From Octopus sinensis (lineage: Eukaryota), in the NCBI RefSeq assembly GCF_006345805.1, contig NW_021825960.1:1-14086 (forward strand): a DNA stretch of 14,086 bases. The letters run 5' to 3'. Numbering within the stretch: the stretch's first letter is position 1; every line of letters starts with the position of its first letter. This document shows, in pieces, positions 1 to 9,782 of the stretch. Position numbers and translations under genes: made by a program. The notes under the pieces are model-generated. The model was not told the DNA's origin and searched no databases. It worked only from the letters and a program-made list of their open reading frames with translations.

Positions 1-166
1 TTCCAAAAACATAAAAGAAGGAAAAACTGTGGAAATATTCTGAATAACAATGTTAAAAGAGGGACATAGTCTCTTGGACATAATTGGATATTATCAATTG
101 TTGGATACCATTGAAGAATTACGGACCTTCTGTTCGTCTCCTCTTCGTTTTTTACTTTCAGTATAA

Positions 167-610
167 GCTAAGTTATTATATCGAACCCATTTGGCGAACC
201 GCTAAGTTATTATATCGATCTCGATTGGCGAACCGCAAACTTATTCTATCCATCTGAATTGGCGAGCCGCTACGTTATTCTATCGGTTTCCTTTGGCGAG
301 CCGCTATGTTATTGTATCGATCCCGTTTGGTGAACCGCTAAGTTATTATATCGATCACATTTGGCGAACCATTAAGTTATTATATCGATTCAGTTTGGCG
401 AACCGCTAGGTTATTCTATCGATCGTTTGGCGAACCGCTTGCTTATTATATCGATCTCGTTTGGGAAACCGCTATGTATTATGATATCGGTTTCTTTTGG
501 CGAACCTGTAAATTATATCGATATCGTTTGGCGAACTGTTAAGTTATTCTATCGATATCGTTTGGCGAACCGCTAGATTATTATAACGCTCTCGTTTGGC
601 GAACCGCTAA
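167..610. repeat. 34-bp minisatellite, 13 units plus a partial (consensus GCTAAGTTATTATATCGATCTCGTTTGGCGAACC)
   Basis: Units start at 167, 201, 235, 269, 303, 337, 371, 405, 437, 471, 507, 538, 572. Most are exactly 34 bp (range about 31-36), head-to-tail with no unique spacers. Confidence 0.97.
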
Positions 611-611
611 T

Positions 612-668
612 CAGACAGACAGACCGGCAGATAGACAGACTGACAGACAGACAGATTGATAGAAAGAC

Positions 669-699
<31 letters not shown>

Positions 700-705
700 G
701 AGAGA
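612..705. repeat. (GACA)n/(GATA)n compound microsatellite
   Basis: Directly visible tetranucleotide runs. Confidence 0.95.
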
Positions 706-769
706 TATAATATATCTAGACGGGTACTGTTCGTGCACTCAGTTATAACCTAAATTGTGTTTAATCGCA

Positions 770-816
770 TCTCTCTCTTTCTCTCTCTCTCCCTATCTAT
801 CTATCTATATCTCGCA

Positions 817-907
<91 letters not shown>

Positions 908-1062
908 ACATATATATATATATAATACGTACATATACATATGTATATATATGTAATTATGTATATATATATATATATAATATATATATATATATATAAT
1001 ATATATAGAATTATATATATATATATATATATATATACGTAATAGACGTATAAATATATAAT
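770..1062. repeat. (CT)n/(CTAT)n followed by interrupted (TA)n
   Basis: Directly visible; explains the 805..1077 YI-repeat ORF. Confidence 0.95.
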
Positions 1063-1473
1063 ATGAAGATCACACACATGAAAGGCAGGAATGAGTAGTT
1101 AGTTTTTGTTGTTATTTCTGTGTTCATTCAAGCAAATACGTAGATAGAAATGCAAGAATTCCGCTATGTATGGGAACACGAGCTACAGATACGTTATATT
1201 CAGTGTTTTATAATAAAAGATTGCGTTTAAGAATATCTTCAGCTGAAGAATAGTTTTGATTTTTAACGTGCTGGATTCGTAGATAAAAACGTCTTTTATT
1301 TCATGTTCATGTACTTTTCAGTAAAAATGTAAATTTTTCATCGGTAGCTTAGAAATTCATAAAAAAAATCTATAGATCTCTTACACAACTTAGTGGGTTA
1401 TTATGTATATATATATAAGTTGTGAATTAAATACATATACATAAATGCATTTGAGCCTCAACATATAACAACT

Positions 1474-1745
1474 ATCTATATATATATATTATATATATAT
1501 ATATATAATATAATATATGGGTATATTCTATATTATTTGTATATTTATGTGGGTATATCTGTATATATGCATATGCATTTATATAGATATATATATAATA
1601 TAATATATATATATAATGCATATGCATATATACAGATATACACACATAAATAAATACATAGATGCATACATACATATATATATATATATATATGTATGTA
1701 TATATATATATATATTATATATATATATATATATATCTACATACG
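1474..1745. repeat. Interrupted (TA)n/(TATG)n low-complexity tract
   Basis: Directly visible. Confidence 0.9.
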
Positions 1746-2079
1746 TACAGACTTATACACATGTACAAGATACAAATGTTTCCTCCTACATGTGATGATA
1801 AACATAGCTATATTACATATAATGCATACATACGGCCAAATACACATACACATACACGAACATATAAAAATTTACAAATACACACACAATATGCATTAAT
1901 ATATACATTTTTGTGTGTGTATAAAAATATATACGTAATCATATGAATATATTTCATGACCAGTGTAGGGTACCATATAAAAATAAAAATTAGAAACCGC
2001 CTGCACGTAAGTGTTGTGAAGAAAAATTATTGGCAGATTCATAAAGATAAGATGCACCGCTATACATATTCTCACACAC

Positions 2080-2164
2080 ACCATGCCACACAAACACACA
2101 CACAGATACACACACTTACTCACAAACGTTTAGGTGTGTATGTGTCTGTGTGCACACGCACGTG

Positions 2165-2199
<35 letters not shown>

Positions 2200-2505
2200 C
2201 ATACGTGACACATGTGCGAGAACGTATGTATAAGTAAAAAGACTATCTGGTGTACACACAGATATGTAGATGTATGCAAACACGTAGGCGTTCATTCTCG
2301 TATACAAATAAAAGTGTATGTATGCGAGTGAGAAGAAATATACACACATAAACAGAAATATGGATGCAAATCTACATGAACGCACACTTGCACAAACGCA
2401 TACTAACATACGCGCGCGTGTGTGTGTGCGTCTGAGTGCCCTTGCATAAAAAAAACATAGAATATTAGCTATATATATATATAAAACTGAGAATGCATAT
2501 ATATA

Positions 2506-2546
<41 letters not shown>

Positions 2547-2570
2547 CATGTATGTATGTATGTATGTATT
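2080..2570. repeat. Mixed (CA)n/(TG)n/(TA)n/(TATG)n low-complexity region
   Basis: (TG)n at about 2169-2197; (TA)n/(TATG)n at about 2470-2570. Confidence 0.85.
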
Positions 2571-2797
2571 TTTTTACTACCCACAAGGGGCTAAAAACAG
2601 AGGAGACAAACAAAGACAGACAAAGGGATTAAGTCGATTACATCGACCCCAGTGCGTAACTGGTACTTAATTTATCGACCCCGGAAGGATGAATGGCAAA
2701 GTCGACCTCGGCGGAATTTGAACTCGGAACGTAACGGCAGACGAAATACGGCTACGCATTTCACCATGCGTGCCAACGTTTCTGCCAGCTCGCCGCC
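2571..2797 (-). mobile_element. tRNA-derived SINE, monomer (family A in this window)
   Basis: Minus strand begins GGCGGCGAGCTGGCAGAAACG (A-box-like) and carries GAGTTCAAATTCC (B-box). The body GAGGTCGACTTTGCC...GGGGTCGATAAATTAAGTACC...GTCGATGTAATCGAC...CCCCTTGTGGGTAGTAAA is collinear with 9783-10013. It sits within (TATG)n. Confidence 0.92.
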
Positions 2798-2829
2798 TTC
2801 AATGTATGTATGTATGTATGTATAGATTT

Positions 2830-2890
2830 GAGTCAACCAAAGCCTGTGTGTGGATTTGGTAGATGGAAACTGAAAGACTCTCATCGAATA
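2830..2890 (+). mobile_element. Internal fragment of SINE family B
   Basis: ACCAAAGCCTGTGTGTGGATTTGGTAGATGGAAACTGAAAGA closely matches 11686-11728 (ACCAAAGCCTTGTGAGTGGATTTGGTTGATGGAAACTGAAAGA); both are followed by (TA)n. Confidence 0.88.
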
Positions 2891-2891
2891 T

Positions 2892-2937
<46 letters not shown>

Positions 2938-3270
2938 AATATACAACTTATAAATAAGGCCAAACAAAAAAATTTCTAATGCCAAATATGCCGAAACTAG
3001 ACACATAGTCCATAACCATAAAATTTAACACAATAAGCACGCTACTCGAAAAAGGTCGACAGAAATATCTAAAAAATCCCGTTATTACCATATCAGACGG
3101 ATTTCAGGGTTAGTTCATAAAAACCCTCCCTTCGTCAGTGATAAATGCGGCAAAGAAATAAATGAAATACTTACTCATACCCATGGAAGAAACAAACACT
3201 AAATCATGAGCACAACTAAGTACCCCAAATATAAGCAAAATAGAAATTCTCCAGTCCATTAGAAGTAAAT

Positions 3271-3665
3271 ACATTAAATTTAATAAATATTGGGGACCTG
3301 TTGCATCAAAATAGAAACAAAATTTCTTTCCTGAGAGATCTTACTGCATGCAATCAAGCCCTATGCATAGCACTTGTGGAAACTCACCTCAACCCTGGAT
3401 ATTATCGGATAATATCGATATTTAAATATCGATATTATCAAGTTGCCAGCATGGGAAAATATACCATAGAAAGGTAATAATTTTTTACAACTAAAAATAA
3501 GGGTGTCTGAGGGACACCACCATGCCGAAATAGCAGTCAAATCCCTGACTCTAAAGACCACCTTAAATGTTCATATCGCACCATGAGATAAGACAGAGGG
3601 TCAAAATATACTTGCAAAAAGATATTACTGAATAATTCAACATCCTGGATTTCTAGCTTTGCTAG
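3271..3665 (+). pseudogene. Degenerate LINE apurinic-like endonuclease (ORF2 N-terminus) fragment
   Basis: Frame from 3271 reads TLNLINIGDLLHQNRNKISFLRDLTACNQALCIALVETHLNP, fitting the APE pattern (N-I-x-G-like ... K ... I-A-L-x-ETHL). A shifted frame gives DIIKLPAWE and a later CSYR resembles the xYRPP motif. Frameshifts and stops present. Extent beyond about 3460 is less certain. Confidence 0.7.
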
Positions 3666-3785
3666 AAAAGCTAGCAAATCTAGAAATCTAGGATCTTGAA
3701 TTATTCAGTAATATATTTTTGCAAGTCTATTTTGACCCTCTGTCATATCTCATGGTGCGATATGAACATTTAAGGTGGTTTTTAG
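3551..3785. repeat. Long hairpin inverted repeat: 115-bp arms, 5-nt loop
   Basis: 3551-3665 vs reverse complement of 3671-3785: 108/115 identical by hand alignment, no indels; loop AAAAG at 3666-3670. Confidence 0.97.
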
Positions 3786-4155
3786 TTATACATATATATA
3801 TATATATATATTTATATGTATATACACATACATACATATACATTTATGCACACATACACACACATACATATACATATATAATGGTATAAATAGCGAGAGA
3901 GAGATATGGTATGATAAGATTTATTTAACCATTTAAATTTGAATAATTTAAATTTTAAATTTTATATTTTATATATATTTAGTATATTATATTAATTATA
4001 TTTATTTTTTGTTTTTTATGTTTTGGCTTATGTCTATCACTGAGTTGCCTAATAGTGGTTTTTATCTCTAATTTAATTTATATTTATACTGTGAAATTTG
4101 ATTTAATCCTAAATCTAATTTTTCCCTGCAAGTTTGGATATACACCCTAATATTA

Positions 4156-4199
<44 letters not shown>

Positions 4200-4202
<3 letters not shown>

Positions 4203-4402
4203 GTTAATCCAAGCATGAAGAAAGAGAAACACAGCAACGCGAGGACGTGGATCAAGTGTAGTGTTATTGGACGCTCAGGAAAGGAAAGAAAGTGGATTTA
4301 ACGTTTCGAGCGGAGCTCTTCGTCAGAAACATAGAAAAAAAGGAAAGGTCCAATGAAGGGAAGACGGAGAAAGAAAATCGCCAACGATATATACGCGGTC
4401 AC
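4200..4402 (-). mobile_element. ~200-bp cassette between (TA)n tracts with a minimal hammerhead motif; probably Penelope-like-element or retrozyme related
   Basis: Flanked on both sides by (TA)n; contains the hammerhead motif at 4296-4330; architecture shared with 12238-12430. Confidence 0.6.
4296..4330 (-). ncRNA. Minimal type I hammerhead ribozyme motif
   Basis: Minus strand reads GUUU-CUGACGA-A-GAGC-UCC-GCUC-GAAA-C-GUU-AAAU. Core CUGANGA/GAAA intact (one extra A before stem II); stem II GAGC/GCUC; stem I GUUU/AAAU (3 Watson-Crick + 1 GU); loopless palindromic stem III (AACGUU); NUH triplet GUU. Confidence 0.7.
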
Positions 4403-4726
4403 ATATATATATATTCTAAAATATTTGTTGTTTCATTATAATTAAAGTGAAAATGGTTGTCCATAAAGTTTAATAGAATTTCCGTGCAGTGTAGAAAATC
4501 CTTGATAGGAATCTATAACAAGAGAAATTTGTTTGAGATCCCCTGTTTCAACTCCTTAATCACGAGCTAATGTGACAGTTGCAGCCTTCTATCCAATTAC
4601 TCTCCGAGATGAATATTTAATTAATCTCTGACATCGGAGTTCAAACGGTCCTAATATGTACACCTGCATAACATTTCGATTCGGTGCAATTGATCTACAA
4701 TCATTAACCAGTGTAATATTCCCATT

Positions 4727-4874
4727 GTGTGTGCGCGTGTGTGTGAGTGTGTGCATGTTTGAGTGTGTGTGTGCACGCGTGTGTATATATGAGTGTGTAT
4801 ATGTATTATATATGTGTGTGTTATTATATATAATATTATATATATATATATATATATGTATATATCTTAGATTG

Positions 4875-4936
<62 letters not shown>

Positions 4937-5029
4937 GGATGTATATATGTATATATGTAATTGTATATATATATATAAATATATATATATACATATATAT
5001 GTATATATATATGTACATATATATATATG

Positions 5030-5067
<38 letters not shown>
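4727..5067. repeat. (TG)n then long interrupted (TA)n
   Basis: Directly visible; explains the ORFs at 4589..5083, 4656..5075 and 4878..5072. Confidence 0.95.
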
Positions 5068-5069
<2 letters not shown>

Positions 5070-5181
5070 CAATAAAGATTCAAGTTAATTAAATGAATTA
5101 CTTGAATATGGTACCTAACTTAGATGCACCAAAAACAAACTATACTGTTTTAACAATCCAGTAATGTGGGGTGATTATAAG

Positions 5182-5719
5182 CAAGAAAGAAGCAACAAGA
5201 ATGGATAGGTTTTTAGTACAATCGTTTCATACAAGGACAGGCTTTATTAAATGTTGCAAAAATTACAGCATATAAACGTGTCCCGTACTCATCAGCTAAA
5301 ATACATGTGAGTTCTCTAGACATCCTAGTGGTTGAGGCTATACTCATGAAGTAATGTAGATAAATAAGTAACATAAACAGATTTCCAAAGTTCATTAAAG
5401 TTCTTTAAATTCATATGTGCACTATGGATTAGGTCACCTTCTCTGTGATGCTATTAAAACTTTTTTAAAATTCTGTGATAAGACTGTACATCATCTTTAA
5501 AGAACTTTAATGAACTTTGGAAATCTGTTTATGTTATTTATCTACATTACTTCATGAGTATAGCCTCAACCACTAGGATGTCTAGAGAACTCACATGTAT
5601 TTTAGCTGATGAGTACGGGACACGTTTATATGCTGTAATTTTTGCAACATTTAATAAAGCCTGTCCTTGTATGAAACGATTGTACTAAAAACCTATCCAT
5701 TCTTGTTGCTTCTTTCTTG
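5182..5719. repeat. Near-perfect inverted repeat: 228/224-bp arms, 86-bp spacer
   Basis: 5182-5409 equals the reverse complement of 5496-5719 at all 224 aligned positions, with one 4-bp indel near 5365-5370; spacer 5410-5495. Confidence 0.98.
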
Positions 5720-5975
5720 TGTATATATATATATATATATTTACATTCAATGCATCCTTATCCTCTATTACTTCTGCTCGTGATCGGAGGTGCACATATC
5801 GCCAGCCACTAAGGGACATGCTCAATAGGTTAAGGTCAAGGAACTAACAAGCAAATCTGTGGTATTGAGCTGAATATTTGCTGCAGCCCATCTCTTATAC
5901 TAAGACAAAATATTCACTTCCAATTAGTTGAGATCAGAAGCCATGAGAGCCAGTGGCTAGTAACGTACCATCGTA

Positions 5976-6242
5976 AAGGAATATGAGTCGGTTGCAGGGG
6001 GTAAAATCAATGCCGACAAATGGATGGGTTTGCGTTTGGGCTCCTGGAGAGGCAGGAAGATGCCATCAGACGGCGTCGTCGGACGCTGGGCCGACGGACC
6101 TGCTAAAGTGTTCGGGGTCTGCTTTGGTTCCGACCTCCAGGTTGTTAAGAACTAGGACGAAATGGCGAACAGGGTGGCCAGTCTTACCCAGAAATTGTCT
6201 AAAAGGAAGCCGTCCCTGAAAAGTCGGGTGAATGTCGAAAAC
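5976..6242 (+). pseudogene. L1/Tx1-clade LINE reverse transcriptase C-terminal fragment
   Basis: Frame from 5976: KEYESVAGGKINADKWMGLRLGSWRGRKMPSDGVVGRWADGPAKVFGVCFGSDLQVVKN*DEMANRVASLTQKLSKRKPSLKSRVNVEN. This matches the Y..xSG.KIN..KS, K.LGV.F and W..R.LSL.GR motif series of L1/Tx1 ORF2. In-frame TAG at 6153 where W is expected. GC-rich island. Confidence 0.82.
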
Positions 6243-6349
6243 ATTCGTAACCGTACAAACTAATTTAACGACTTACAGAAAAAAAGAGAACGTTCAATTT
6301 TTGATTGTAATTTAATATATGAGTGCGTGACATTTTGATATATATGCAT

Positions 6350-6389
6350 AAACGTATGTAAATACATACATACGTACATAGATACATAA

Positions 6390-6480
<91 letters not shown>

Positions 6481-6510
6481 TGTATGTGTGTGTGTATACG
6501 TGTATGAGTG
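6350..6510. repeat. (TACA)n/(TA)n/(TG)n microsatellite
   Basis: Pure (TA)n at about 6400-6477. Confidence 0.95.
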
Positions 6511-7494
6511 TACGTGTGTTTGGAGGTGGTGTTGTAGATATAATTATTTATGTTGATATTTGTACTTGTTATTCGTTTTATCATTTTAGCTTGTTTTGTT
6601 TCAGTTTATACATATGTTTCTGTCATATTTTTGAGACTCTACGCGTCTAATAAAAGAAAAAAGTAAAACAAATGAAATGTTAGATGTAAATTTTGTCTGA
6701 TACAAAAGAAAGTGGTATACAATAGAAGTCTAACAAATAAACATATATACACACATATAAACAAAAGATTTGAAACAATAGGAAGATAATAGCAGAGGAA
6801 AAAAAGTTTCGACTTATTTCGTTGCTTGAACTGATCTGTTGATAATATGAAACATAGGATAATGCTTAATTAAATTATATAATTTAGTTAATTAGAATTT
6901 CTAGGGAAACAACAACTCGTCTCTCACCGACAGATAAAGAAATAAGTAAAGAAATAAACAGATAAAGAAAGTACTAAAAATAATAATTTAAACATACTAA
7001 AAACAAATATAAAATGTAAATGTGCATAAGATAAATATAATTTGGAGCATATCAACATCATCAGTTTTAATGCGATAATATAGAAAAGAAATATATAACT
7101 CAACTAGTTTATGAGCTTTCGCTGGGGTTAGTTGATTACATTGTTTAAATAGGTATATGTATATGTACTTATAATAACAATCTTGTATATATATACTATA
7201 TATACTATTATTACTTTTTTTATTGTATTTTTGTATTTATATTCGTGTAACATCGTCTTATTTTCCGTCCTTGCTTTCATATACATTCGATGCTTTTTCC
7301 AAGGAATATAATGCTCTTAACGCAGTTTTTCCTTGGGGCTGGCCAGATTGGAGCAATCTCAAGGTTAATCAGCCGAAATTGCGAGGATGATCCGGTTCTT
7401 GACTGAGGATAAAATGCTTCGAATGACCCATCCTGTTTTTTTTCGTATCACCTAGTTGTTTGGATGTTTTGCGTTCTTGTCCCATTTTGTATTA

Positions 7495-7550
7495 TTATAT
7501 ATTATATATATATATATATATTTATATAGTGGCGTACGTACACTTTGTTT

Positions 7551-7622
<72 letters not shown>
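7495..7622. repeat. (TA)n-(CT)n-(TA)n compound microsatellite
   Basis: Directly visible; the last TA also serves as the left Tc1 target site. Confidence 0.95.
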
Positions 7623-7625
<3 letters not shown>

Positions 7626-8871
7626 GGGTTGGTCAAAATAATGGAACAACTTAAAATTTCATGCAATTTTATTTTGATATGGGGTAGACCGCCTTTCGCA
7701 GTAATTACATCTTGAATTCTACGAGGCATTCACTCGGGCAAAGTTTGAATTGCTTCCAAAGGAATTTTTGTCTGTTCTTCAGCTAAATCAGTCTCCAGTT
7801 CCAGTGATGATGATGGAGGATATGGACTCCTTACTTGTTTTTCTAAAATGCACCATAAATGTTCAATAATATTGAGATCTGGAGACTGTGGTGACCAGAT
7901 AAGATGTTCAACTTGACTAGAATGTTGCATTCAGTAACAACTTTAGCTGTGTGAATTGATGCATTATCATCCTTAAAGATTGCATTTCCCTCTGGAAATA
8001 GTTCCGCAAACATAGGATGAATTTGATCAGATAAAAGGCTTAAATAGTCTTGACTATTAATTCTGCCATGGATTTCCAAAATATGCCCCCCCCCCCCCGC
8101 GTACGCGATCATCACATATCCTTCTCCATGTTTAACCGTTGGAAGAAGGCAGTCTAGGTCAAATGCTTCTTTTGACTGTCTCCACACGTATACTCGGCTG
8201 GTGGTCAGAAATAAGATAAAGGATGATTCATCCGAGAAAATAACATTCTTCCACTGCTCTACGGACCAATTCGGTAAGTTTTTATACCACTCTAAACGCC
8301 TTGCAACGTTTGTAGTGGTTTTCTGATTACAGGCCCTCCCGTGAAATCCGGCTTTATGCAGCTCCGGCGGACAGTTTTTGTGGGAACTGGGTTCCCCAGA
8401 TGGTCATTGAGCTCTGCAGTAAGTTTGGAAAGCTGTACTTTTGTGATCCTTTCTAACAATTCGTGTAAGAGTCCAACAGTCCCTATCTGAAAGTTTTGGT
8501 TTTCTTCCGGAGTTTTGTTTCGACGAACGAGGACGTTCTTCCCTCTTTCTCAAAGGCTGCCATTACTTTCGAGACAGTACTTCTTGATCCACCAAGCATT
8601 CCGGCTGTTTTCGTTACGCTAGCGCCTGCCATACGAGCACTAATAATTTGTCCTCTTTGAAAGTCTGATAGATTTGTTATTTTAATGAATTTTAATTACC
8701 TTTTTCTGATGATATCTGAAAAGAAACAGCAATTTTAGCAAAAGATATTAAGGAACACTAATAATAAGTAAAAAAAAACATGAAAATAAACACGCTTGTG
8801 GCGGTTTTATAGATATTTCAAAATCATGATGCTATGATGCTTGGTGTTTCTATTATTTTGTTCAACCCCAG
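7623..8871 (-). mobile_element. Full-length (1249 bp) degenerate Tc1/mariner DNA transposon
   Basis: Left end TA|CAGGGGTTGGTCAAAATAATGGAACAAC; right end reverse-complemented TA|CTGGGGTTGAACAAAATAATAGAAACACC. These are imperfect ~28-bp TIRs flanked by TA at 7621-7622 and 8872-8873, enclosing a transposase relic. Confidence 0.95.
7672..8680 (-). pseudogene. Tc1-family DDE transposase pseudogene
   Basis: Minus-strand segments: NLSDFQRGQIISARMAGASVTKTAGMLGGSRSTVSKVM (HTH), WKNVIFSDESSF (first D), FKDDNASIH (second D), WSPQSPDLNIIEHLW (E), MPRRIQDVITAKGG (C-terminus). Multiple frameshifts; the likely start position reads ATA (8680-8678). Confidence 0.93.
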
Positions 8872-9417
8872 TATATATACTTATATGCATATACATATAT
8901 GTGTGTGAGCATTAGTATATGTGCATGCATGTGTATGTGCGGTGTGTTTATATGTCTACATATATATATATATAGAGACGCCCTCGAATAATGTATTTAC
9001 GTATAGTCTATTGTATTATAGTAAATGAGGTTTATGTTGGCAAAATACGTTGATGATATTTGTAAACTCGGCAGATTATGACGTTTGTGAATCAATGATA
9101 GCTATCATATGTTCGCTAATACGGAGTGTGTATATAATCTTCTTTTAAATGGATGTACATGGGATAATTATATTCCGTATGACTATTTTTTTTGTGGTTT
9201 CTCTCTGTTTAATAGTGCAGATGACTTTTGAAGTCCTATATCGCTAAGCTTGATACAGTTTGTATTTGACATAACAGTTCTATCGATATTACGGTATGAT
9301 GGGATCGACAAAACTATCAAATGATGTAATACATCGCTGACCACAATGCACTTTGTATCGTTTTTTGTCTTTTTAATGATGCTACCCAACTGGCTAGGCG
9401 AGCAGGCCAACGTTTTC

Positions 9418-9590
9418 CTTTATTGGAAGGCTAGTCCGTTACAGGGTACCCATTTACAGCTGAGTAAACTTGGAGCAATGTGAAATGAAGTGGTTTGCCC
9501 CATAGCACAACGCGCAGCCGGTTTGAAAATCGAAACCACGATCTCGTGACCGTCAGTGCAACACCCTTAGCCACCAGGCCAAGTGCCTGC
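9418..9590 (-). mobile_element. tRNA-derived SINE with CORE-like central domain (family C)
   Basis: Minus strand: GGCACTTGGCCTGGTGGCTAAG (A-box) ... GGTTTCGATT (B-box), then TTGTGCTATGGGGCAAACCACTT...CTCAGCTGTAAATGGG, resembling the CORE/MIR motif GTGACCTTGGGCAAGTCACTT...CTCATCTGTAAAATGGG. Confidence 0.75.
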
Positions 9591-9782
9591 ACCATCGATG
9601 CATACACACGAGAAAAATGTGGGTGCGCCGAATTGATGAGAGGCCTGGACATTGTGTAGACCTGATTCGAGATAGTTCTATAATTATGAAATTCAGGATA
9701 CTAGAAGTCGTTGTGATAACGCTGGAACTACAACAGAGGGTAGAAAGCACCAAAATGCATTCAATGATCTTCATGTTCTTAA

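Noticed and set aside
167-610. CRISPR-like appearance of the regular ~34-bp array
   Set aside because: Units are contiguous with only a few variable bases and no unique spacers; no cas genes; eukaryotic context; the SINE origin explains it.
1236-1249. 14-bp palindrome TCTTCAGCTGAAGA
   Set aside because: Short and isolated, with no supporting context.
3880-4170. AT-rich segment that I recall as an octopus interspersed (possibly Penelope-related) repeat
   Set aside because: No diagnostic motif or second copy in the window; recall alone cannot be verified.
5780-5970. Segment resembling a remembered octopus repeat
   Set aside because: No internal evidence (no Pol III boxes, ORF or TSD) to classify it.
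7240-7490. Probable interspersed repeat with CTGAGGA (7403-7409) as a possible third hammerhead
   Set aside because: No pairable stem II, GAAU instead of GAAA, and no stem I; family identity rests on recall only.
9185-9295. Polypyrimidine tract + AG suggesting an exon
   Set aside because: All three frames hit stops shortly after either AG.
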